Shown here piece by piece: positions 11,311-22,690 of a stretch of DNA of 64,000 nucleotides (the first letter of the stretch is position 1; every line of letters starts with the position of its first letter). Under the pieces are notes generated by a model. It did no database searches. It was given only the letters and a program-made list of their open reading frames with translations, and was not told where the DNA came from. This DNA comes from Mytilus californianus. Its lineage: Eukaryota. Both the position numbers and the translations under genes were made by a program. The stretch spans positions 40,300,001 through 40,364,000 of the forward strand of contig NW_026262690.1 of NCBI RefSeq assembly GCF_021869535.1, written 5' to 3'.

Positions 11311-14017
11311 TTCAGTCAATTATTTGATGGACACAGAAAAGATTCGCTAGATACAAAAACGTCGTATAATGAAATCAGAAACATTGTATAAAGAATACAT
11401 AAACATTGTATGAAGAATCTAAAAACGTCTTTAAAGAATATAGAAACGTTCATACTGAACACATATTGAGGTGAAATTATGTAGGTTTAACACACTTCTC
11501 ATTTATACGACCTTTTTCTTTACATAACAGTGTTAAAACAAATGATTTGTCTTAGTAATGTGTTTGTTCATAACTTCGTGTTTAGTGCTATTTATGAAAT
11601 ATACATTATTTTAGCGTGTCAAAAACAAAGATGTTATAATAAATCTTGTTGTGTAAGTATAATTACAATAGAACTGTTTAGTGGTTATAAATGTGTTTTC
11701 GTGTTATTTAGAATTATAAACTACAAAGCATGAATAACTCACCTAATACCTGAAAAATGTACCACTTTATAGACCTAGCGAAGATTCCTGACAACTTAAG
11801 TTTCGGATAGCTTTGTTCTCATCGATATCCTGACGTTTCGAAATATTTTGACTCGAGGTTTCAGAGTAGAAGGGAAACAGTTTTGATAATTGGCAAATAA
11901 GAATCAACGATTTCTTGTGACGGTCATACGTTTCATTCGATAGAAATCAAATCGCTTCTGCATAGAACACTCGTTGCTTTTGTTTTATAAATGGCATTAC
12001 TAATGGAGAATAGCAAAAACAGTAGTGTTCGTTTTACTATACATTTCTTCGTGTTTCATTAGAAATACATTTGTGCATCCACTCCAAATATTTCCACCTG
12101 TTAAATACACATGGCGGAATTAATCAGTTTGTTCCACTCTCACCTTATACTTTAATTCTTTTTTTTTTTCTGTTTGGGAACAATGGTGATACTTTATCTT
12201 CATCGTGATTGTAATTTGATCAAAATTTCAGAGATTTTGGACGGTACTATTTATGGGCATATGTCGAGTCTGTTCTTCATGGAAGACCGTGTGCAGACCA
12301 TTTGATTTTATTTATTGGTTTTTAGTTCAATTCAAGTTACTGCCATTTTTCTTTTAATCATGCAGAGGTTCTCTGGACTTTAGCATAATGTTTTAAACGT
12401 TGCTTTGAAAGCAACCTTAATTTGACGTAACTTAATATATAAAGTATTATTTTTATTTTTTTCTAGAATAACTCGTCAATTGCCAGTTGTTCAGATAATG
12501 ATTTGATTGACAGACTCCTCCTCTAAAAGAAGCCAACTTTTAAGTTGTGAATATATGGTATAGTTCATTTCATTTGCTATGTCCTTATAGTACTGATTCC
12601 GTCTTAAATCACATACTTTTGTGCATATATAGTTTGAATTTCATTTTTGTATCTTACTTGTTAACTACTGCCCTTTTTGTGTAAAGGACTTGCATTTTGT
12701 TGGATAATCTTGACCTTGCTGTAAGAATTGAACGTTGCACTTATTTCCTAGATAAGAATCAGTTATGTAGTCTTTTTTCTAAATATATAAAGAAAATATC
12801 TAATGGACATAGCAACTATGCATTGAATACAAGTATGTCGTATAACGAGAACAGTCACGTTGCTTACTGAGTGCAAATTAACTTACGGTCTCTATTTTTA
12901 ATCACCAACAGTGCAAATAAAAAACAAGTAGTGATTTATCTTTTTAATGATGGTATTTATAACTCCGAATGTAATGCTATTTATTTAATGTATAATATTC
13001 TAGCGTTCTGAGTGCAAAGTCGTTTCAACAGTCTAGGTAATGACAATACGGTTATGGTTTTGTAATTGTATTGTAAGTTAGATAAAAATGGCAGGAAACT
13101 AGAGGTTTCAACATGTTTAATTAACTCATCTGGTACCTGGCTATATTATAGAAAAGAAAGGTTATGGGGTATCCATCCATGACACAAACAGTACATGCAC
13201 AGCAAAAAACACAAAGAGCAAAGAAATAACGTTTTAATCGCTGTTTTTTATCTCAAAGTCACATGTAAACCTTTAACATGGAGCAAAAAAAACCAACTCT
13301 CACTCAACTGCAAGTTTAAGACGTCCCCTAGCACCGGTTTGAGCGGAATTACTTCCATTAACTGTAAAAGCAAAGATAACTTCTGAAAAATTAAGCTCCC
13401 GATGACTTTGTTTTCATGGAGGTGTTAAGTTTAAAAAGATTTCGACTGAAGGTTTTAGAGTGAAGATATCTAAAAATTATTAAACAGGTTCAAGGATTTC
13501 CTGTAACGATTAAATTTTTAAACTTTCCTATGTAACATTATATTTCATGATATTGTTCTTCCATTATACATACACCATATCCCTGTATTTCCGACATATA
13601 CATATGGGTGGATTAATTCCGTTTGTGAAAGCTCAACCCTCAAATAATAATGCAACAATTGGAATAAAAAAAGAGGCATTCATATCGAACCATGATTCAT
13701 AGCGGAAAGCTGAAAACATAAATTTGTGCCAAAACTGATCAGTATCGATCTTTTCTTGTGTTAGTAAATGAAAGTAATGAGTACCTAAATGCAGTACTTA
13801 TGCAAACAATGACATTGCTGGATGCTTAATTAGCTGGTCCAATTTAAAAAAAGGCTTTCGATTGAAATTGTAAGGAGCCTCATCAGCAGTCATCATTATT
13901 TGTTTGCGTTTCTGTTCGGAAAACAGTTGATATTAGATCTTATGTCGTCTCTTTTAATTACTTCATCGGTTTTGTTGAATTTAATGATTTCCTATCATGA
14001 TTTCCTTGATAGATGAT

Positions 14018-14655
14018 TGCTGCTTACAAGGAAGTTGTAAAACCAAGAGTTCCGAGTGGTAAAGTTGAAATCATCTCTTCGGAAATTTTACGGACATCAC
14101 CACGAGTTGGTTGAATGTTATTGAATATCTGTTTCACAGATGAAGACGGATACTGTGGGTTCATTTATTTTCGTGGGTACTAATTTTCGTTGATTAAGAA
14201 AAACTTACATGTTCATGGATATTTAATTTCGTGGTTTTGCTGAAATCTGCATACAAGCCTTAAGAAAATTTGTCATTCGTTGCACATTTAATTTCGTGAT
14301 TCAACTGTTCCCACGAAATCCACGAAAATTGGTATCCAACGAATAATAATGAATCATTAACCACAATCCCGTCCCCTTTACTCGAATGTGACATACCAAA
14401 TTAGAATTTTTCCCGGGTTTGTTCTTACATTAGCAACACGATGGGTGCAAACTGTTGTGCAGGATTTGCTTACCCTACCGGAGCACATGAAATCACCCCG
14501 AGTTTTGGTGGGGTTCGTGTTGCTTAGTCTTTAATTTTCTATGTTGTTTTGTGTAAAATGCTGTTTGTCATTTGATCGTTTTTTGGCGTATTTGTCCATG
14601 GCACTGACAGTTTGTTTTCGACTTTTAATATCCATTTGGTATCTTTTCCTTCACT
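14018..14655 (+). mobile_element. Naiad-type RT 3' end plus R2 tail, interrupted by a MITE
   Basis: LLTRKL*NQEFRVVKLKSSLRKFYGHHHELVECY followed by the same tail as 2380-2660. Confidence 0.78.
14151..14358. mobile_element. MITE with about 40-bp imperfect TIRs nested in the Naiad tail
   Basis: 5' ggttcatttattttcgtgggtactaattttcgttgat is the near reverse complement of 3' atccacgaaaattggtatccaacgaataataatgaatc. The host tail resumes at 14359. Confidence 0.7.
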
Positions 14656-15626
14656 TTTACCTGATATTTAAGCACGTTTCCCATGTCTATTATAGATGAT
14701 GGAGGGTACGACTGTCTGTTTAATGAACTAGTATTGCTCTGTCGGTTATGTCTTTTTCAAATTACCTATATGTTGATTCAATCATGAATAAATACTCTAT
14801 ACATTTTGTGTCTTGAATCGTTGCCTTAAAAGCAGCGATAATCTGAGGGAACTATAAGGACTCATTTGGTCTCTGGTGGAGAGTTGTCTCATTGGCAATT
14901 ATACCACATCTTCTTATTTTTATATTTATAGTCAATGGCCAATTGTTTAAATGTTTGTGGCATTTGGAGACTCTTTCATCAAAGAAGCCAGATTATATGA
15001 ACTCTGAGGTTTTTATTATACCTTGAGTCCAGTAAAGTTGCAATCTGATACTTTTTATATGAAGAATTATTGTACAACGAAAATATACTGATTTTATTCC
15101 ATGCTGTGTTTACATTTTTATAACATTTAAGATACCTGCACTAGATTCGCATTTCCTTCTTGTTGCAGTGCTGTTAATATTAGCTCAGCTTTTTTCTTGA
15201 AAGCTGAAATCGTGTAAAGACATAATTAATAAATTGGAGCTACGTACGAGTTACGACTCTTGGTATATATATTTTTTGGCACCGCTATATAGAGAAATGT
15301 GAGAGACTGAACATGGAAATTAGAGTAGAACAGATGTATACATTATTTTGTTCCTGACAGAAAAGAAAACTTACTATTTTGAGATAAAAAATAATTAGAA
15401 CTGTTATTGAACCTATTTTCACTCTTAAAGGAACTGCTAGTATAGTTCCTGAAAAAATTTGAAAGAAAATGAAAACATCTGTAGGCAATTCATTTGGGAT
15501 AGTAAACCAGATAGATAAAGTAAAAACAAATTCGAGTATTAGTCGATATGAAAGGGAGGGATTAGATATAAGACGCTTTTTCGTAGTTTTGTGTGAATGT
15601 TGCCCCAGTTTCAGGTTGTTATAACA

Positions 15627-18366
15627 AAAACTCTACAAAGATACAAGCTCATGATTGTGTACGCCAGACGTGCGTATTGTCTATAAATGACTCATCGCTG
15701 AAAATGGGTAAAGCGCGAACCAGACGAACCAGAACTGGACACTTTGTCTGAATGGATCAAAGATATTCGATCATGCATTCAGAAGTGCATTCAGAAACTA
15801 CGAAGTTCTATGAACACAAGGGTGTCTAACACATTCAAGAACTCGGAGGTTGTGGATGCTTTATCCTCTTTACATGACAAATATGTCGTTGTTCCAGCAG
15901 ATAAAGCCTCCAATAATATTGTCTTCATATGTAAAAACCATTATTTGCAATGTCTCACTAAAGAGCTTTGAATAAACAGCACAACTGATAATCCTACATA
16001 TTCTTTAACATCATTTACAAAGGATGAAATTTTACAAAATCATAAATCTGTCCTTCTATTTTTTGGTATCAACATCAAAGAAAACGAAGAAAATTTACCG
16101 TCATTATACTGGATACCAAAACTTCACAAAACTCCGTATAAAAAACGATACATAGCTGGATCATCAAGATGTTCCACTAAACATCTATCTAAAGCACTGA
16201 CTACTATTCTTTCTACAGTAAAAGATGGCCTTCAAAAATATTGTGATGAGATATATTCTACCAGTGGTGTTAATCAGATGTGGATTCTCAAAAATTCTAA
16301 AGATCTACTGCTAAATCTTAGATCAAAATCTTTGAAATTTTGCAGCAACATAAAGACTTTTGATTTTTCTACGCTTTACACTACTGTTCCTCGTGCTCAA
16401 TTGAAAGATCGACTTCACCATCTCATTAAACAGAGCTTTTTCTATAAAAATGGGAATCGTAGATACAAATTTCTTGTTTTGGATTATAATAATTCTTATT
16501 TTGTGAAGAACCACACTGATTCTACTAGAAAATATACTGAAGATGATATTATCAAAATGCTGCCCTTTTTGATCGACAATATATTTGTTGAGTTTGGAGA
16601 ATTGATTTTTCAACAGACAGTCAGTATTCCAATGGGTACTAATTGTGCACCCCTACTGGCCAATATGTTTTTGTACTCGCATGAAGAAGAATTCATTCAG
16701 ACCTTTTAAAAGACAAAAAGAAAAAGCACCTTGCGAAATTCTTTAATTTTACTTTCAGATATATTGATGATGTCCTATCACTGAATAGCCCATATTTCAG
16801 CCAGTACTTACATCTCATATATCCCAGTGAACTTGAAATTAAGGATACTACTGATACTAGAAGGACTGCTTCTTACATTGATCTCTTCCTCAATATTGAC
16901 ACAGATGGACGACTTCACACAAAAATCTATGACAAACGGGACGATTTCAACTTCCCAATTATCAATTTCCCATTTCTCAGCAGTAACATACCCTCTGTCC
17001 ACTCGTATGGTGTTTACATATCTCAGTTGATACGTTATGCTTGTGCATGTTCACACTATACGGACCTCATATATAGGAGTGTGCTCCTTACGCAGAAACT
17101 GCTCCAACAAAGTTATGAGGAGGAAAGATTAAAAATGACACTCCGTAAATTTTATGGACACCATCACGAATTGGTTGATCCATACGATGTGTTTGTGTCT
17201 AAACTAACTAAGGACATGTTTTCCACGTCTTAGAGTATGGTTAACCATTTACATCGTCTGGTTTTTTAAGTACCGAACGTGACCTATTCCTGAATATGAC
17301 TGTTTTACTGAGTGTTAATTCACATTACTATAAGACGTGTCTTGGTATTTGTTTATCCAGCGTTCATGTATTTAGTTACGAAGTTTTATTTGTAATTCTG
17401 ATCGGCTTTTGTTTTCTGTCTTATATTTTGTAGTTGTCATTCTATCTTTTATTTTCTATTCGTATATAAAGTAAAGATAATTAATCACCCAGTTCATTTG
17501 TATGATTTCAGTTTAAAGCTACTTTGTGCACGGGATGTATTTGTTTTACACAGTTTGATTTAAGAAAGGCCGACATAGTTAATTGCACTATTACTAACAC
17601 AATTCTATATTAATATTCTTGTAATTGTTATAAAATACATCAAATAACATAATTAGAAACCTAATCTTGATTTATATCCAATTTTATGAAATTTACCTGT
17701 AACGTTACTTTTTGTGGCGTTGATCCGTTCGTGTTACAGACACACACTTCGTTATTTTATTAAGCTGTTTTTGTGTACTGTCCTAAACTATTTTAGTTAT
17801 TCGTTGTTATTCTGTGGTTAACATGAAGAAATGTACTATTATATTATTTATTTATGTATTTCTCTGTCTTTGGTGTTTTTGCATTTATTTGTACTCTGTT
17901 CCCGTCATGTACTGTTGTCATTTAAGCGGTATATTTAACATTGCCATAAAGCGCGGAGGTTTGGCTAGCCACAAAACCATGTTCAACCCACCATTTTTTC
18001 TTTAAATGTCCTGTACCAAGTCAGGAATATGGCAGTTGTTATTTAATAGTTCGTTTCTATGAATGTTGCATTGTTGTTTGTTTTTTGTTGCACTTCTGTG
18101 TTCTGTTATTTCGTTGTTTTCCTTTTATAGTTGATGTGTTTCCCTCGGTTTTAGTTTGTAACCCGGATTTGTTTTCTCTCAATCGATTTATGACTTTTGA
18201 ACAGCGGTATACTACTGTTGCCTTTATTCATCATCGTAGCGCTCGAATCAAAAATTTAAAAAGGCAAAATAAAGTACGAAATTGAAGAGCATTGAGGACC
18301 CAAAATTCCGAAAGGTTTTGCCAAATACAGCTAAGGTAATCTACTCGTTGCGTAGAAAATCCTTGG
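15627..18366 (-). mobile_element. Retrozyme-like monomer split in two (18366-18231 and 15697-15627) by the Naiad insertion
   Basis: The 5' half ends ...gattcgagcgctacgatga and the 3' half begins cgatgagtcatttatagac...cgtctggcgtac; rejoined they give one monomer. Confidence 0.75.
15698..18230 (+). mobile_element. 5'-truncated Penelope-like (Naiad-type) retroelement: RT pseudo-ORF about 15701-17233, 3' UTR and terminal tail; 6-bp TSD tcatcg
   Basis: RT motifs ADKASNN, LYWIPKLHK, KTFDFSTLYT, long insertion in fingers, QQTVSIPMGTNCAPLLA, FRYIDDV. One nonsense codon (15969-15971) and one 1-nt frameshift near 16700. The ORF ends after RT with no C-terminal GIY-YIG. tcatcg occurs at 15692-15697 and 18231-18236. 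Confidence 0.88.
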
Positions 18367-18852
18367 TGTAATAAGGCAGTGATGTTTATGAGCTTCCAAA
18401 TGTATTCCATTATCATATCTCTAATTTAACAGTTTTGTGATTGACAAATAAACGATGCAATTGGTACAACGACGTTGTATAACGAATACAGGAACGTTGT
18501 ATAGTATTATATTTTGTAAGTCTATCACACGTCTTATATACGGCCTCCTTCTTCCAAAGACAAGTTAATAACAAGTCATTTGTCTTAGAAATAAGATATT
18601 TATAACCGAATTTATGCTTATTTTAAAACTGTACATTATTTTAACAACAATCAGTGCAAAGTCGTTACAACAATATCGTGGTCTCTGTGTTATTTATGAC
18701 CGTCTGAATTATGTTATCTAATTTGGGTTCAAGGATATAAAAATATGGAAACAACGTGACGTTCCTAGGAGCCTGAATCACTCTTCTGACAAGTTTACAA
18801 AGAAGACAACATCTGACAAAATAAGTTTCCAATTACTTTGTTTCACCAATAT

Positions 18853-19148
18853 CAGTAGTCAGCACTTCTGTGTTGACATGACTTATCATTGATATGGTCA
18901 TAATTATAAGGTAACTGTTTGAAAATTTTGTACTTTTTCGAAGTACTAACGATTGTTTACCCTAGGAAGAGATTACCTTAGCTGTTTTTGGCAAAACCTT
19001 TCGGAATTTTGTGTCCTCAATGCTCTCCAACTTCCTAATTTAAATGGCCTTTTTATCTTTTTTGATTCGAGAGTCATTGGTGATTCTTTTGAAGACAAAA
19101 CGTGCGTCTGACGTACAAAATTTTAATCTTGGTATCTATGATGAGATT
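18853..19148 (+). mobile_element. Decayed retrozyme-like monomer (same family as 4009-4702), hammerhead core destroyed
   Basis: Collinear with 4031-4338; core reads gagagtcattggtgattcttttgaagacaaaacgtgcgtc. Confidence 0.75.
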
Positions 19149-19595
19149 AACCTGAAATTTCAAGACTTCGAGAATTTTTGTTTCAATTAAAAAACACAGT
19201 CATGTTTTCATTCGATCAGAACCAAACAGAATTAGAAACAAATATATATAGGAATGCTTTAATGCATGATTTCTGAAAAGCTATGTCTAAATTTAATTAG
19301 TTGTTTAATAGAAAATGACGAAAGTGGCAAAAGTGGTAAAAGTTTACAGAAATAATACGACGTCAGGCACGAAGTAAAAACAAACATGCAACTTGTCATT
19401 TATTTACTCTGAATGTTTCGAGTGTATTTGTTTGACTTTGAGGACGGACCAACCTGCCAAAATATTGTTTATTTATCATGCGAGTTCAGCGAACAGAAAA
19501 GAAGTGCCATAGTATTAAACTGTTATATACTGATTACATGTGCGCCATCCGGAATATGTGCATTGCTTGTGCAGTGTTGCGGTAGTTTCTTGTGT

Positions 19596-19855
19596 TTTAA
19601 AAAGTAAAATAACAAAAATACCGAACTCCAAGGAAAATTCAATACGGATAGTCCCTTATCAAATGGCAAAATCAAAAGTTCAAGCACATTAAAAGAATGG
19701 AAAACAACTGTCATATTCCTGATCTGGTAGAGGCTTTTCCTTGTGTAGAAAATGGCGGATTTAACCTGGATTTATAGCTAGCTAAACCTCTCACTTGTAT
19801 GACAGTCGCATAAAATTCCATTATATTACAACAATGTGTGAACAAAACAAAGACA
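19596..19855 (-). repeat. Related tail repeat (type B); further copies at 26338-26572 (opposite strand) and 60855-61290
   Basis: Shares the cctgacttggtacagg...aaaatggtgg.tt.aacctgg...gctagc.aaacctc core with tail A. Confidence 0.7.
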
Positions 19856-20280
19856 TTTTAACTAAGACAGCTTTTACACCTCCCTATCCCAACTGTTTCT
19901 GATGAAGGTAAATGGATGAAATTTGTTATGCCATTCCCAGTTGACTCTATCAAGTGTTTCGGTACTGACCTGGCTTTGATTGCATATATATGATTAAATT
20001 CTAGTTTGATAAGTCTTGCTTTTTAAGTTGTTTCTTTTACAAAACTCTTACGAGGAAAGTTAATCTGAAACGTTTTTATCGATTCATTTTACACCGTTTG
20101 ATTTAATAGCTCAAAATGAATTTATAAGTTAATATAGCATTTTTCTGTACTTAGGTAAGATTATGATCTTAGCTAAAGTGGTAGTTCCTTTATACGCTTT
20201 CAATTTCTACAACACTTTTGCCTTGAACCATTCTTATTATAAATATCTGGTATGTTCAGTTTACTCAAATAAGATGATAT

Positions 20281-20680
20281 AAATAAAGGCAACAGTAGTA
20301 TACTGCTGTTCGAAAGTCATAAATCGATTGAGACAAAAACAAATCCGGGTTACAAACTAAAATCGAGGGAAACACATCAACTATAAGAGGAAAACAACGA
20401 AACAACAGAAACACTGAAGTGAACAAAAAACAAACGACAATGCAACACACACAGAAACGAACTATAAGATAACAACTGCCATTTTCCTGACTTGGTACAG
20501 GACATTTTAAGAAAAAAAATGGTGGGTTGAACCTGGTTTTGTGGCTAGCCAAACCTCGCACTTGTATGGCAATGTTAAGTATAACACTAAAATGACACCA
20601 TTACATGACAGGAATACAGTACAAATAAATGCAAGAACATTCAGGACAGAGAAATACACAAATAAACCATATAAATGTAC
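20281..20680 (-). repeat. Solo Naiad tail (type A)
   Basis: Near-identical to 17900-18228 and 8449-8790, with no RT attached. Confidence 0.8.
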
Positions 20681-21399
20681 TGATAATCCCATAGTAGTTA
20701 GTAATAAATTTTGCAATTTATACAAATGTTCTTGATGTATGTTTGGTTTTTCTTTTAATATATCTCTAAATGAAAATTTTGGAATCTATGACCTTTCACA
20801 CTTTTTGCCCTAAAACATTTGATGATAATATTTGTTATTCTTATTCAGCAGAGATTAATACTGGACTGCACTTCCAATTGCTATGTTAGGAATATGTTTA
20901 TAGATCTCCGGGAAATTTCCAATGTACATATTTGCATGTTAAACTGTCTGTTGTGTTTGCTTTCAGCATTCAGATAATTCAAATTGCAAAATAATAGAAT
21001 TCAGTATGTTGGACAAAAAAGAAAAAAGGCAATGGCATATTAGACATTTATTCGTTCTCTTTGCCAAATAACTTTAAAAAAAAAATCATTTCAGATGAGA
21101 TTTCAGTAAAAGAACATTTTCAAGATATCAAACTCGTGACACTTGTATATATTCAAAGGCCATGGTAATGAATTATTTTTCAGTTTTCTTCTTTAAACTG
21201 TTTACGATATTTTTCTGTCTTTTGCAAAGATTTCTTTTTTTTGCTCAATATTTTGCCTCTATGATAAAAAAAAATATCGTGATGTTATAAATAATATGAT
21301 TAATTAACCAACTTTTAACTTGAAAGGTTTGAAACTGAACACCGTCTAACAAATATACACGCAATATACATGTATATGTATATGACCTCGTTTCACAAA

Positions 21400-21572
21400 A
21401 CCTTAGCTGTATTTGGCAAAATTTTTGGTCGTCAATGCTCTTCAACTTCGAACTTTATTTGGCCTTTTTAACTATTTTTTTTTATTCGAGCGTCACTGAT
21501 GAGTCTTTTGTATAGAAGAAACGCGCGTTTGCCGTACAGAATTTGAAGCATGGCGTCTATGATGGGTTTATT
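21400..21572 (+). mobile_element. Partial retrozyme-like monomer with a degenerate hammerhead (21490-21536)
   Basis: gcgtca CTGATGA gtct tttgtat agaa GAAA c gcgc g tt; stem II closing pair lost. Confidence 0.72.
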
Positions 21573-21709
21573 CAAAGCAAGACACTCTATCTCCATGTGA
21601 AGCATGGCATCTATGATGGGTTTATTCAAAGCAAGACACTCTATCTCCATGTGAAGCATGGCATCTATGATGGGTTTATTCCAAGCAAGACACTCTATCT
21701 CCATGTGAA
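21545..21709. repeat. 54-bp unit x3, made of a retrozyme terminus plus flanking DNA
   Basis: aagcatggcatctatgatgggtttattcaaagcaagacactctatctccatgtg repeated three times. Confidence 0.9.
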
Positions 21710-22648
21710 CCATTCGCCGAAGTATCAATATTTCGGCATTGATTTATTACAATGTGAATTTCATATAAACATTCTTTTGAATAACATGAATCCCTCCATC
21801 TCAATATCTTGATCAATGGACAAGCAAATTATATTCGGGTGCAGAATGGGTATCGTTAATGTTATCAATAAAATAATAATGTATTTTAAAAATGAGAGAA
21901 AGAAACTTCAGCTAATGTAAAATCATTACTCGTATAAACCATATATACTGTCAGCAAATTAATGCTACTTCATGTATTTTTATTATTGACCCTTCTCTTT
22001 AGTTTTTGCGCTTTTGTAATCCACAACATTTGTAATTGTATTTCAGAGAGCTTCTTTGTAAATATTTTGTAAAACAAATTACGAATAATATATATAAGAA
22101 AACATATTCGACTTATTAAAATTCAAATGTGCAAAGTCACTTGATTACTCTGAAATACATGACAATTCATAAATTAAAATAAAATACCAAATGCATATAC
22201 ATGGTGATTTTTTTATGCATATAAATGCAATATATATTTGTACACCAGTTTTCCTATTTCAAATTTGATAAATATAATTAGAAAGTACTGTTAGACCAAA
22301 GAAACCATTCATTGCAAATCATGCAGGTGTAATGAAATTGGTACCCCCAAAAATAAAAAAAAAAAACGATATTTAATCAGATTGTTTATATTTTTAAATA
22401 AGAATTAAAACATTGACATGGTCTAATTAAAACGTGTGAATTCTTTCAAAGATATTTGAATACTGAATATTCATCTTCGAATTAGTTGGTGGCATTTCGT
22501 TATCATATTCCGCAAAATGATTTGACCCTTTTGTTCAATAACACAGTATTTTCTCACTTTCCGACTATACTGTATATATAATATTCAAGAGTCTATCCTA
22601 AATTGAGGTAAATTATGTGGCCTTCCAATAACCGTTTCGATTCCTAAA

Positions 22649-22690
22649 ATCACTGAAGAGACACTAATTGTCGAAATCCGGATATGGTGT
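22649..22690 (+). ncRNA. Minimal type I hammerhead of a second repeat family, intact core (predicted cleavage after 22684, AUA)
   Basis: atca CTGAAGA GACA-ctaat-TGTC GAAA T-CCGG-A TA tggt: perfect 4-bp stem II, palindromic loop III, 4-bp stem I. Confidence 0.7.

Noticed and set aside
13850-13895. Minus-strand CTGATGAG...CGAAAG as a hammerhead (also CTGATGA at 10494 and 23775)
   Set aside because: No stable stem II or III and no NUH plus stem I pairing.
15969-15971. In-frame TGA in the Naiad RT as selenocysteine (some clam Naiads encode selenoproteins)
   Set aside because: Context KEL*IN fits a Gly codon (GGA to TGA) rather than a Cys position; all Cys here are TGT/TGC, the copy also has a frameshift, and no SECIS was identified.
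21468-21812. Repetitive ORFs on both strands; the array could be mistaken for CRISPR
   Set aside because: Head-to-tail 54-bp tandem repeat with no unique spacers, no cas genes and a eukaryotic context.
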